A DNA stretch of 64,000 nt, from positions 49,369,776 through 49,433,775 of the forward strand of contig NC_083418.1 of assembly GCF_020745735.1 (NCBI RefSeq), read 5' to 3'. Below, piece after piece: positions 49,734 through 61,671 of this stretch. Both the position numbers and the translations under genes were made by a program. Source of the stretch: Hemiscyllium ocellatum (Eukaryota). The notes beneath the pieces are model-generated. The model was not told where the DNA came from and did not search any database. It saw nothing but the letters and a program-made list of their open reading frames with translations. Each line of letters starts with the position of its first letter. Position 1 is the stretch's first letter.

Positions 49734-51465
49734 TGTGTAGATGGTAATATTTAAATAGGCTGATGGGAAAGCAAGTGAGAGAGACACTTTAAAAACATGC
49801 CAGGTTAGAGATTAGAATTTACTGCAATAAAGAACAATCCGGAAGAATTGAGGAGGACAAAGGTAACTAGAAATATGCCCCTGAATTGTACAGAGTTGCC
49901 ATGTATGAAGGACACCAGACAAGTGGAAAGTAAAATTGAATAAGTTGTGTATTTCATTTTACACTTGTACAAGTTGTTTAAATTGTCAGGAGATTCTGAT
50001 CAGTTTGCCAAAAGTATATTTTTTTTCAAAAGGTATAAGGAATAGTAGCAAAAGCAAATGTTTAGCAACATACTAACATTTATGACCACATGAATTCCTC
50101 AAGGTCGTAAAAGTGTGTTATAAAATTATATTACCCTTAAGAGATAAAATCAATGATCATGTGACTATATGCTGATCTCTATGCACTTGGATCACCAAAT
50201 AAGGAAACTCATATGGAAGTAATTTCTTCTGTTAGTGCATATTTTAAAGAGTTTCTATCACCTTCTGCTCTTTGATCACGACTTGCCTGTCAAATGCCTC
50301 ATTGTTAATTTGTGCATCTGGGACAGTAGCACCTTCAATGTGAGTTTCCTGGCCTTGCACCCTATTGGAGTCTAGTTAACTAGCACTTACATAAAAAGGG
50401 TACTACAACCAAGTGGTACCTATCTGTTGGAATGAATATGCTTTCTCTATATAGAAATTTGCATTCATGGGTTGCTATTTTGGCTGCAAAGTTGAGAATC
50501 CTTTACTTATAATTTGGAAAAAGTAACAGCAAAATTATAAATGGTGTAGTCAGACCCAGTGCCAGGAAAGGAACATTAGTTTCTAAATCAGGAGGATTGG
50601 GTCCCAAAATAAGTGGTTCAGGTCTAGCAGTGGAATAGGGATAGTATTGACTCTGTCAGCAGTAAGGGGTGGTTCCAGGATTGCCAGGTACGAGTCAAAT
50701 CTGGTGATTAGGCCTGGGTGACTGGCCCAGAGTGGTCTTGGAGGAGGGGTGGTGTGGGTGGTGTTTGTTGGGTCTGGTGGTGTATGAAGTGGGGCTCACA
50801 TCACAGAGGCAAAGGAGCTGGCTGATTTGAGGAAATATGGCGTCAGACAGAGGTACAGTTAGGAATATTTGAGATAAATTAGTGGCCTGATAATACACAC
50901 TCAGACTAAGTATTGAATAGTCTAACATTTCCTCAGTAACTATTTACTTGACCTCAGTAAACTTTCCAAATTCTCTGATCTAAAAGGATAATATCAGAAG
51001 GTTCCAACTGTAGAGGGATTGGCCATTGGGATCCTTAATTTTCTTAATAATTTCTTTTGGAATTTGCTACCATGGGGATTCTGCAGGGTTCTCCTATACA
51101 ACTCTCATCAATCCTGCAAAACTGATTATCTGGATATCTATGAGACCATAAGACATAGGAACAGAAGTGGGCCATTCATCCCATCATGTCTGTTCCACCA
51201 TTCGATGACATCATGGCTCATCTGACAATTCTCAACTCCATATTTCTGTCTTGATCCATAAGCATTGATTTCCTCACTGATTAATAATGATTAATAATCT
51301 GTGTCTCAGCTTTGAATATGCTCAATGACCCAATTCTGACTGCTCTCTACAATAACGAATTCCACACTTTAACAGAAAAAAATGTCCTCCTCATCTGTCT
51401 TACAAGAAAACCCCTTACTCTGAGGTTATGTCCTCGTTTCGTAGACTATCTGACTATGGTATGCA

Positions 51466-51725
51466 ATTAGATTACTTACAGTGCGGAAATAGGCCCTTCA
51501 GCCCAATAAATCCAGACCAACCCTCCCACCCCCCTACATTTACCCCTTCACCTAACACTATGGGCAATTTACCTTGGCCAATTCACCTAACCTGCACATT
51601 TTTGGACTGTGGGAGGAAACCCACGCAGACAATGTGCAAACTTCACACAAGACAGTTGCCTGAGGCAGGAATTGAACCTGGGTCTCTGGCACTGTGAGGC
51701 AGCAGTGTTAACCACTGTGCCACCG
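51466..51725 (-). mobile_element. V-SINE nested in an old CR1 3' fragment (about 51140-51930)
   Basis: attagattacttacagtgcgg...accactgtgccacc. The flanks are CR1-like (accataagacatagg tail; ccaaacctgctcaatgtttcctcatagg). Confidence 0.8.
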
Positions 51726-52256
51726 AATCTCTCAGCATCTCTTCTGTTAAGCTCCTATAAGAATTTGATATGTTTTAATACAGTCTCCTTTCATTTTTTG
51801 AAACTGTAATGAGTACAGTCCAAACCTGCTCAATGTTTCCTCATAGGAAAATCCCTCCACACCAGCGCATCAACCTAGTGAACTTTCTCTAGGCTCCCTC
51901 CTATGCCAGTATACATTCCCTTAGATCTTGTATAGATTTAGCAAGACCTCCCTTACAGATTAAAATTTTGCCAATGACCCAGCCTTGACAGCCCTCTGCA
52001 GGAGAGAATTCCTCAGATTCACTGCCCTCAGAAAACCTGGACCAATGAAGTTGCAGCACCCTTGTGGTCTGCTCTGGCCTCACAGCATCTTGTTGCAAAA
52101 GCTTTAGAATTTCCACAACAATTGTTTTAAATTCAACATGGCAGAGCTATGTAAATTGGTCTGTTAAACTTTAAAGAAATGCACAAATGTCTTTTATTAT
52201 GACACTGTTGCGGTATACATGAGATGATTCCATAATATTTTTCTCTTCCTTTAAAG

Positions 52257-52595
52257 ATGCAATGGATCTGGAGATGTTTCAAAGTCCACTGCAAGTATTA
52301 TTAAATGAAAATGTTCACTTGAAATGCAAGGCGACCAGCTATACTGGTGGCCCTATTGACCTAAAAAGGGTAGGAGTTCAGTGGAAGCTTGATGGAGAAA
52401 CAGAGGTGTATTCTTTTTCGGGAGGTCAACATAATGTAAAGCGACTCGGAGCAGTAATTAATGATAGCAATTTACTGAAGGGAGATGCCTCACTTTTCCT
52501 TCCGCGCGTACAGATTGCAGATGAAGGAAGATACACTTGCATTGTGTTCCTAACACCCGAGAGTGCAGAACAGACATCAGAAATGAAAGTATCAG
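52257..52595 (+). CDS. IgV-domain exon, natural cytotoxicity triggering receptor 3 ligand 1-like (B7-H6-like, B7 family)
   Basis: Acceptor ttctcttcctttaaag|AT, donor G|gtaagg, 339 nt, phase 1-1. Has V-set hallmarks VHLKC...VQW...GDASLFLPRVQIADEGRYTCIVFLTP; the DASL...Y.C.V..TP motif resembles B7-H6/tapasin-type V domains. Confidence 0.85.
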
Positions 52596-53149
52596 GTAAG
52601 GATCACAAAAACATGTCTGTTTTCCTCCTGCATTAAGTTATTTAAGGGAATGTTTCAGTCAACACATAATGATGACTTCCTCAACATAAATCCTGCTCTT
52701 CATTGAAACTTTGTCAATCTGTTTTATCCACCTAAACAATATATCTGCTGAAATTATTCTTGTGAAGTGGTGTGGCATTGCAGTGATTGTGCCATACTTG
52801 GCTCTCCACGACTGACTCCCATTGAACCTGGGGAGTTGTGGCAGGGTCACAAAACCTACATTTGTTCAGTTGTGCCTATGTCACTCTGGAAGTATCTCAG
52901 GTGCCCTTATTCATCGTAAGGTTGCATGTTGACTGTGTTTAAAGATCTGTTTTTAGGGGTTTGATATCTTTGTTCTCTAGAAACAATAATGCATTATTCT
53001 TGAACTTCTTTTATAATACATACTTTTTGAAAAGGATCTTACATATATTTTTGATCAAACTTGACCCATATATAACAGACAGACAGTTATAGCACAGAAT
53101 GAGGTCGTTTGGCCCATCACATCCATGCCAGTCAACTGCTTGGAGTGTT

Positions 53150-53815
53150 CTGTGACACCAAGGCCAGATCCATCCTTTGCAACACCAGGGACAGGTAGAC
53201 CTCAGTATTCAGTGAAACTTAGTGGTTGAATATTATGGGTTGAGGTACAGCTTGATGTAGCCAGACACAAGGTGGCCATCGGGATGAGGGTGACTTTAGG
53301 TACAGTCATCACCCATACACCACATTTTCCAGAGCTTTGTACATGGTGTCCCTGTGGACACTCCATCTTTGAGATCCAGATCAAGTAGAAGATAGCTCAG
53401 GTGACCAACGAGGCACAGACTCTGGGAATGGGCCACTGCCTTATTTTTTATTTCAAAAATACTTTATTCATTAAAAATATCTTTATACATACATAATCAC
53501 AAATGCAGTTCAGTTCTGTATGGTAGCATAACATGGAAACAAACAAACATTAGAGTTTCACTCTGTCTAAATAAACCAGAGGCATCTCTTACTTGAACAG
53601 ACAATACTTACATGCATTTGAAGTATCAGGAGAGTCTGATAACTGAACGAACTCCCATTTAATAACTGCAGGAACATCTTAGACAAGTGGTCTTTCCTCA
53701 CTGTACTTTGGCGGCAGCTGCCCTAGGCTTTAGTGCATCCCTCAGCAAGGTCCTTGACCTTGGAATGTGCCAGTCTACAACACTCGGTCAAAGTCGGACC
53801 ATTGCCTGTCAGAGT
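53150..53815 (-). mobile_element. Two Tx1 fragments (internal about 53150-53430; 3' end about 53445-53815)
   Basis: Similar to 23750-23960 (aaggtggccatc.ggatgagggtg) and 22740-23085 (actttattca; ttggcggcagctgccc; ttggaatgtgccagtct). Confidence 0.7.
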
Positions 53816-54363
53816 GCCCTCACCTCTTCCATTCCTCTAAGTGATTGCTAACTGCCTGTCACAGGGTCCTCACCTTGCCTATACCTCTCCATGATGCTGA
53901 CTGCCTTTCTGCCCCTCTCCAGAAAATTATGCTTCTCCCAACAGCATTCAGTATACTTGCTTCCCTTTTCCCACCATATGTAGTGGCTGCTGGATGGGGT
54001 CAGGAATCAGAATTGATCAACAATGGAAATTCTTAAATGAGATTATGAAATTGTGTCTTTTTGTTCTGCTAATTTCAAAGTATATGTTCAATAAAAAATA
54101 CACCATTCCAGTCCCCAAATTTCTTTTCGAACCCATTTGTTTGTTGAAATTTTCAATCATTTATTGACATTACAAAGGTTAATTGTATTCAGATTTGAAA
54201 AGATCAGTTTTGTGACATAAAAGAACAAAAAGATGGTATTTGATCAAATCGTAATTTTCTAGGTTTTTAATAACTTATCCGTACATTTTTACCAGCATCT
54301 TATTTTACTGTTATTGGCCTATGCAAGCCTACATATAATGAAATTTGTTTTCTTGCCACACAG

Positions 54364-54720
54364 CTCGGCCAAATGTTAGTTTATCCACACGATCTCTTAC
54401 CATTTTGAGTGGTTCAGAGAGCTCTGTGAGATGTGATGTGACTGGATTTTATCCTCAACAATTGAATATCAGCTGGATCAAAGTAACAAAGTGGGGCACA
54501 GAAAATGTTTCATTACAAAGATACACAAAGCAGTTTGGGACAAGTAGTGATAAAACATTTTACGTATCCAGTCAACTGAACATGAAACCAACAATGAAAG
54601 ATGATGGTGACAAGTACAGATGTGTAGTGGAGCATTCAACGCTTCCTGATGGACTCACAGTGGAATGTGTACTCACTGTACGTGATGATCTCTACATCGG
54701 GAGAAACAGAACTGTGAATG
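54364..54720 (+). CDS. IgC1-domain exon, B7-H6/NCR3LG1-like
   Basis: Acceptor tttcttgccacacag|CT, donor G|gtgagt, 357 nt, phase 1-1. Has C1-set hallmarks CDVTGFYPQQLNISW...TFYVSSQL...YRCVVEHSTL. Confidence 0.88.
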
Positions 54721-54802
54721 GTGAGTCGAAGGATGGAAAAGAAAAGAGTGATTCAGAGAAGTGAAGGGGAGGAGGATAGGAAGATGGTTACAGATCAGGG
54801 AA

Positions 54803-55408
54803 GGAGAAAGTGAGGTCTGCAGATGCTGGAGTATCAGGGCTGAAAATGTGTTGCTGGAAAAGCGCAGCAGGTCAGGCAGCATCCAAGAAACAGGAAATTT
54901 GACATTTCGGGCACAAGCCCTTCATCAAGAATCCTCATTTCCCCTCCCCCCCACCTTGTCTCCTCATTTCCCCTCCCCCCACCTTGTCTCCTCATTTCCC
55001 CTCCCCCCACCTTGTCCTCAGATTTCTCCAGTTTCCTCAGTTCCCCTCCCCCCACCTTGTCTCAGTTGAATCCCTCGTGAACTCAGATTTTTCCAGTTTC
55101 CTCATTTCCCCTCCCCCCACCTTGTCTCAGTCGAATCCCTCGAACTTAGCACCGCCTTCCTAACTTGCAATCTTCTTCCTGACCTCTCCGCCCTCACCCC
55201 ACTCCGGCCTATCACCCTCACCTTGACCTCCTTCCACCTATCACATCTCCATCGCCCCTCCCCCAAGTCCCTCCTCCCTACCTTTCATCCTAGCCTGCTG
55301 GATACACTTTCCTCATTCCTGATGAAGGGCTTGTGCCCGAAACGTCAAATTTCCTGTTCCTTGGATGCTGCCTGACCTGCTGCGCTTTTCCAGCAACACA
55401 TTTTCAGC
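54803..55408. mobile_element. Second Penelope family-A fold-back insertion with 14-bp TSD and an internal 28-bp C-rich tandem array
   Basis: Minus terminal repeat about 54806-54932, repeats of cctcatttcccctccccccaccttgtct, then a plus arm ending cattttcagct. TSD tacagatca(g/a)ggaa at 54789-54802 and 55409-55422. Confidence 0.85.
55315..55350 (+). ncRNA. Minimal hammerhead ribozyme motif (family A)
   Basis: ATTC-CTGATGA-AGGGCTTGTGCCC-GAAAC-GTC-AAAT, with one stem I mismatch. The partner at 54897-54932 (minus) has core mutations. Confidence 0.65.
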
Positions 55409-55572
55409 TACAGATCAAGGAAAGCAACATTTTGGAATTGGAAAAAGAAAGTGCCTGGTATTGCACTAATGCCTCAATATTAATAACAAATTCAAAATGC
55501 TACACAATCAGGGGGTGGTGATGGCCCATCAATAAAAAATATCAGAATCTACTGATGTCGTTGAAATCATGG

Positions 55573-55855
55573 AGTGCCACAGTGGCTCAGCTGCTGCCTC
55601 ACAGTGCCCTGGACCCTGGTTTGAATCCATCTTCAGATGACTGTATGTGGAGTTTGCACATTCTCCCTGTCTTGACATGGGTTTCCTCTGGGTGCTCTGG
55701 TTTCCTCCCACAGTCTGTCAATTTGCAGGTTAAATGGATTGGTCACGGGAAAATGCAGGGTTACAGGGATAGGGTGGGTCTTGGTATGCTGTTCTTCGAA
55801 GGGTTGGTGTGGACTCGATGGGCCGAATGACCTGCTTCCACAATGTAGAGATTCT
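55573..55855 (+). mobile_element. Older diverged V-SINE
   Basis: gtgccacagtggctc...tgtggagtttgcacattctccc...gggccgaatgacctgcttccacaatgtagagattcta. Confidence 0.75.
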
Positions 55856-55859
55856 ATAA

Positions 55860-58265
55860 CCGACAATTGGCAAAAACCATCTGGCTTACTAATGTCCTTC
55901 AGGGAAGGAAATCTGCCATCCTCACCTGGTCTGGCCACAGTTATGTGATTGACTCTCAATTTCCCTCTGAAATAGTCTGGCCAGCCATTTGGTTGCATTA
56001 ATCACTATAAAGTCTCAAAGAAATGAAACCTGAGGAACCAACTGGCATCGACTTGGGCACTGGAAAAGACAACAGCAGAAACATCCCTGTCAACACTACA
56101 AAATCCTCCTCATTAACACGGTGGCACGGTGGCACAGTGGTTAGCACTGCTGCCTCACAGCGCCAGGGACCTGGGTTCAATTCCCGCCTCAGGCAACTGA
56201 CTGTGTGGAGTTTGCACGTTCTCCCCGTGTCTGCGTGGGTTTCCTCTGGGTGCTCCGGTTTCCTCCCACAGTCCAAAGATGTGCGGGTCAGGTCAATTGG
56301 CCATGCTAAATTGCCCCTAGTGTTAGGTAAGGGGTATATGTAGGGGTATGGGTGGGTTGCGCTTCGGCGGGTCGGTGTGGACTTGTTGGGCCGAAGGGCC
56401 TGTTTCCACACTGTAAGTAATCTAATCTAATCGAACATCTAGGAGCTTGTGCCAAAATTGGGAGAGCTCTCTCACAGACTAGTCATGCCATAGCCTGTCA
56501 CAGGAATACTCTCAAAATCATACCTGACAAACAATGTCCCAGACACCATCATCACCATCCCTAGATATGTCCTATCCATAGCAGAGGTGACAGCACAATA
56601 TTGTCTTTCCCAGTTGCTGTAGGAGTCCTCAACATTGACTATGAACCCCATGAAGTCTCATGGCTTCAGGCTAAACATGGGCAAAGGAAGCCCCCTGCTG
56701 ATTACCACATACTGTCCTCCTTTAGCTGATGGATTGGTACTCCTTCATATTGAACGACATTTAGAGGAAGCACTGAGGGAGGCTAGGGCACAAAATATAC
56801 TCTGGTTGGGCAATTTTAGTGTCTACCACTAAGAGTGGCTTGGCAGCAGTATTATTGTTTGTGCTGGTCTGGTCCAAAAAGACATAGTTGGTAGACTGGA
56901 TCTGCGGCAGGTGTGAGGGAACTAACAAGAGGGAAAAAAACATACTTGATCTCATCCTTATCCTCACTCCATATGATATCAAGAAATAGTTGGAGAACCT
57001 GGAACTGGACACTGGAAACGCTGTAGGCCCTGACACCGACAACAATGGTACTGAAGACTTATGCTTCAGAACGTGCCGCTTCCCTCGCCAAGCTCTCCCA
57101 GTAAAATTATTATACTGACATCTACCAGACAATGTAGAAAATTGCCCGGGTATGACCTCTACATGAAAAGCAGGAAATAGCCAACCTGGTAAATTACCAT
57201 CCAATTAGTCTACTGTTAATCAACAATAAAGTGATGGAAGGTGTTGTCAACAGTGCGATCACCTGCTCAGTAATAACCTGCACAATGGCACCCAGTTTCA
57301 ATTCTGCTAGGGTTACTGAACTCCTGATCTCATCATAGCCTTGTTCAACCAAAGAGCTGAATTTCAGAGGTGAGGTGAAACCAATAGCCCTTGACATCAA
57401 GGTCACATTTGAACAAGTGTGGCATCAAAGAACCCTAACAAAACTGGAATAAATGGGCAAGCAAACTTTCTGCTGACAGGAGTTATACCTGGCACACTGA
57501 AATATGGTTGCCATTTTGGGAGGTCAGTTATTTCAGCTCTAGGACATTGCTGCTGAATTTCCTCAGGGTAGTATCTTAGGCCCAACCATAAGGTCAGAAG
57601 TGAGATGTTCACCAATGATTGCACAATGCTTAGCACCATTTGTGACTCCTCAGATACTGAAGCAGTCCATGTTCAAATGCAACAAGATCTGGGCAAATCC
57701 AAACTTCGGCTGACAAGTGGCAAGAAACTGTCATGCTACACAAATGCCAGACAATGGCTATCTTAAATAAGAGACAATCTAACCACCCACCCATGATATT
57801 TTATGGTGTTTCTATGGCAGAACCTCCCATTATCAACATCCTGGAGTTTACCATTGACCAGAAACTCAATTGGACTCATCACATAAACACAATGGCTTCA
57901 AAAGCAGGACAGAGGTGAGGAATACTGCAATGAGTATCTCACCTCCTGTATCCCCAAAGCCTGTCGAACATCGTCAAGGTACAAGTCAGGAGTGTTTGGA
58001 ATGGTTCCTACTTACCTGGGTGGATGTAGCTCTTCCATTTGAGAAGCTTGTCACCATGCAGAACAAAGCAGACTGCTTGATTGGCAGTACATCCACAAGC
58101 AACCACTCACCTCACCACCGACACTCAAAAGCAGCAGTGTGCACCTTGACAAGATGAATTGCTGAAATTGCTGAAAGATCCTTAGGCAGTATCTTGCAAA
58201 CCCACAGTCACTTGTATCTGGAAGGATAAAGGAGGTAGATACATGGGAACACCACCATCATCCTG
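55860..58265 (+). mobile_element. Old LINE (CR1/L2-group) with endonuclease and RT remnants, split by a SINE
   Basis: Remnants of NYHPISLL..NKVMEG, ALDIK..FE.VWH and PQGS.LGP; heavily frameshifted. Confidence 0.75.
56118..56432 (+). mobile_element. Young V-SINE
   Basis: Full consensus; aaca is present on both sides. Confidence 0.9.
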
Positions 58266-58867
58266 ATTTGGAAGTATATTGCTTTCCTACACTTGTACTT
58301 GAACAGATAATACAATTTGGCAAAACAGGTTAATCATTGTGAACTGAAACTAGATCTTCGATATGGAATAGCAAGTACAACAATGAAGTTTCCATTTATT
58401 TAGACTGCCACCCACATTACTTGTAGCTCTCACTTTTAGCTTCACAGATCTTCTAAGTAAAATTCCAGCTCCTTTCTTTTAAGAACTTAGCTGATTCTCT
58501 CCAGGCAGCAGCAGCATCTTGCTGAACCGGTCCTTATTGTGCCACTCTTCTCTGATGCATGATTGATCATTCCATAATCTTCTCAACTTCTTTCTCTTGT
58601 TCTCCTGCTTTTCTTTCTATCTGCTTCTGTACACTGATTACCTTATGTCTCTGGGTCTCCTTTCTGGTCACATAACTTCTGTATATTATTAGCTTCCAGG
58701 TCAAGGAACAGCAAGTGACATGGAACAATATTTCTTCTAATAGAATGAAATTATAATTTATCTCTTTATAAAATACACAAAATCCCATTCAAACACATAT
58801 AAACCAATCATAAATCCCCAGTTATTTAAAAGTAATTACATTGTTTCCTTATTGTTGCTTCTTCCAG

Positions 58868-58980
58868 GTCAGAAATCATCACAATATAGTATTTTATTCT
58901 TTCTGTTCCTGCAGATTATATTAATTATCATATCATTATATAGTCTGCCACTACTCTGTTTACAATGGAAAACAAGGTGA
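58868..58980 (+). CDS. Possible alternative terminal transmembrane exon of the Ig gene
   Basis: Strong acceptor ttgtttccttattgttgcttcttccag. Phase-1 reading gives GQKSSQYSILFFLFLQIILIIISLYSLPLLCLQWKTR-stop. The DNA is AT-rich, so the hydrophobicity could be chance. Confidence 0.35.
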
Positions 58981-59177
58981 TCAGCTGTACAAAATTGACA
59001 ACCAGATGCCCAGTTGATGCAAATACTAGTGAACCTTGACATGAGCAAAACAAGAGGGAGCTTAGATATGTAAAGTGAGACTCATTACAAAAGCCCAATG
59101 CAATTTTCAGATGCTAATGGACAGATTATTTATCTTAATTCATCCCGCTACCAAAATCCTACTGCCATCCCAGCTGA

Positions 59178-59457
59178 TTAGATTAGATTCCCTACAGTGT
59201 GGAAACAGGCCCTTCGGCCCAACCAATCCACACCGACCCTTCGAAGAGTAATCCACCCCGATCTATCTCCCTCTGACTAACGCACCTAACACTATGGGAA
59301 ATTTGGCACAGCCAATTCTCCTGACCTGCACATCTTTGGATTGTGGGAGGAAACCCATGCAGACACAGGGCGAATGTGCAAACTCTACACAGTCACCCGA
59401 GGCTAGAATCGAACCTGGGACCCTGGTGCTGTGAGGCAGCAGTGCTCAGCACTGAGC
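59178..59457 (-). mobile_element. V-SINE
   Basis: attagattagattccctacagtgtgg...cagcagtgctcagcactgagc. Confidence 0.85.
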
Positions 59458-59469
59458 AAACTTGCTGTC

Positions 59470-60080
59470 CATGTTTGAAAACGTCTCTTTGAGATTGTTG
59501 CAGTGAATGTGACATAGGTACAGCTGTAGGTGCTGTCAGAGAGAAAGGTCTAAAATTGGGACTTAAAAGCAGTGAAGGAACAGTAACATATTTCTAAATT
59601 GGATTATGTGTGGCTTTGACAGGGCAGTTGCAGACGTTTACTTGGTCTGGCTTCTATGTGACTCCAGACCCACAGCAATGTGGTTGACTCTCAAATGCCC
59701 TGTGGGAAATTTGTGTGAACCATAAATACTAGCCTAGCCAGCACCCACATTCAATAAATGAAGTTAAGGGAATGATATACTCTCTTTCCACTGTACATTG
59801 TTGATGGAGAAAATGAATGTTAAGGATCATGGATGGGTTGCTAATTAACCGGGCTGCTTTGTTCTGGATGGTGTCAGGTTTCTCATGTGTGGCTGAAGTT
59901 GCATTCATCCAGACAATTGGAGAGGATTCCATCACACTCCTGAGATGTCACTTTCTTGATGGTGTATAAGGTTTGGGAATTCAGGAAGACACCATAATTT
60001 CCAGCCTCTGACCTGCTCTTGTAGCCACAGTGTTTATATGACTAGTCCAGTTGAGTGTCTGGTCAATAGTAATCCTCAGG
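59470..60080 (-). mobile_element. Old LINE 3' remnant (family of 55860-58265) with a short inserted SINE-like piece at about 59640-59765
   Basis: EKPDTIQNKAARLI-like remnant; ctggtctggc...gactccagacccacagcaatgtggttgactc insert. Confidence 0.55.
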
Positions 60081-60374
60081 AATCTGGCTAGTGATAATTT
60101 TTGTTAATCATTTTACACAAAAGTTTGCACACAATTATGAGATTGATGGGTCTAACAGTTATGTTTTATTGATTTTTCACCTGCTCAGGCACCATATTAC
60201 AGTATGCAGCTTCAAATGTCTGGTTGCTGTCCTCATTTTACAAACTTTGCCAAAACGATTATAATTTTCTCATAAAGTTTTTCCCATATCTCTCAAAGCA
60301 GACTGAGCTAAAAATCCTCAAGTTTTTGAAGCACTGTTTTTTATTTCAAGATTTCCCTTTCACACATAGTAATG

Positions 60375-61420
60375 AAAGATCTTTGACCATAAGGTATAGG
60401 AGCAGAGTTGGACCATTCAGTCGATTGAGACTGCTCCACCATTTAATCATGGTGAATGTGTTTCTCAGCCCCATTCTCTTGCCTTCTCCCTGTAAACCCT
60501 TGACCCTCTTACAGATCAAAAACTGATTTATGTCTCTTAAAGAGACATGACTTGGTTTCAACAGTTGAATACTGCAACAATTTCCACTGATTCTTCCTCA
60601 GCTCAGTATTAAAGAGACATCCATCATCTGAGGCTGTGCCCTCAGGTCTTAGTCTCTCCTTCAAATGCCTCTCAGCATTCTTCAATTTCCAATCAAATTC
60701 TCCTCATCCTTCTGAAGTGCAAGTGTAGACCAGAATCCTCAAACGCTCCTTATATAACAAGCCTTTCATGTCTGGGTTCATCCCTGTACATCACCTCTGA
60801 CCCTTCGATACGGGGCTCAAAACTGTTCACAATATTTCAAGTGCAGTCTGACCAGAGCCAAATACAGTTTCAGAAGTACGTACTCTGCTCTTGTATTTGA
60901 GCCCTCTTAAAATGAATGCTCACATTGCATTTGCCTTCCTAATTGCAACTAAACCTCTTAAAAGAATTTTAAACTGTGACTCCCAAGGCACCTAGTGCTT
61001 CAGATTTCCAAAGCCTTTCCTCACACACCACACCTCTCTTCTTCATAACAAAGTGCAGAACCTCACACCTTCCCACATTGTATTCCATCTGGCACTTCAA
61101 TCTCCTAGCATGTCTAAATACTTCTGCAACATCAAGTCCTTCTGCTTCCTCAATACTGCCTGTACCTTCACCTATCTTTGTTTCTTCTGCAAGCTAAACA
61201 GCAATGCCCTCAGTTCTTTCATCCAGATTGTTAATATACAATATGAATATTGTGGCCCCAACACTGACTCCCGTGGAACTCCACATTCACTTGCTGCCAT
61301 CCTGAAAAAGACCCCTTTTACCCATTCTCTGTCTTCTGCCAACTCAGCCAATCCTCTTCTCACACCAGTAACTTGCTGCTAACACCATGGACTCTTATTT
61401 AGCAACCTCCTATGCAGCAC
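60375..61420 (-). mobile_element. Old CR1 LINE 3' fragment
   Basis: accataaggtatagg tail with GVP.ESVLGP and RDVLL.LY.ALVR remnants. Confidence 0.75.
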
Positions 61421-61671
61421 CCTTTGTTGAGATATGCTCTGATCTTCCCTTCTGAATACCTGAAGGACATAATCATTTCTAGTATTTACGTTTCATGTCT
61501 CCTTTTTATGATACCAATTGTTCATATTCTCGGCTTTACTGTTCTGAGGAACTAAGTATTTACATGAAAGCAGCCTGAGCACTTTGTTAAACATCATGGA
61601 TCATTATCAGTTTTCCTGAAGTTTTGAATGTATTTAAGTAGCTATTTGTTCTTATATTTTTAAATTTTCAG

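Noticed and set aside
54930-55120. CRISPR-like appearance of the 28-bp repeats
   Set aside because: The repeats are contiguous without unique spacers, derive from the Penelope sequence, and lie in a vertebrate genome.
2831-59457. tRNA-like sequences at SINE heads (also the head at about 12040-12115)
   Set aside because: They have A/B boxes but continue into SINE bodies with no complete cloverleaf, so they are not tRNA genes.
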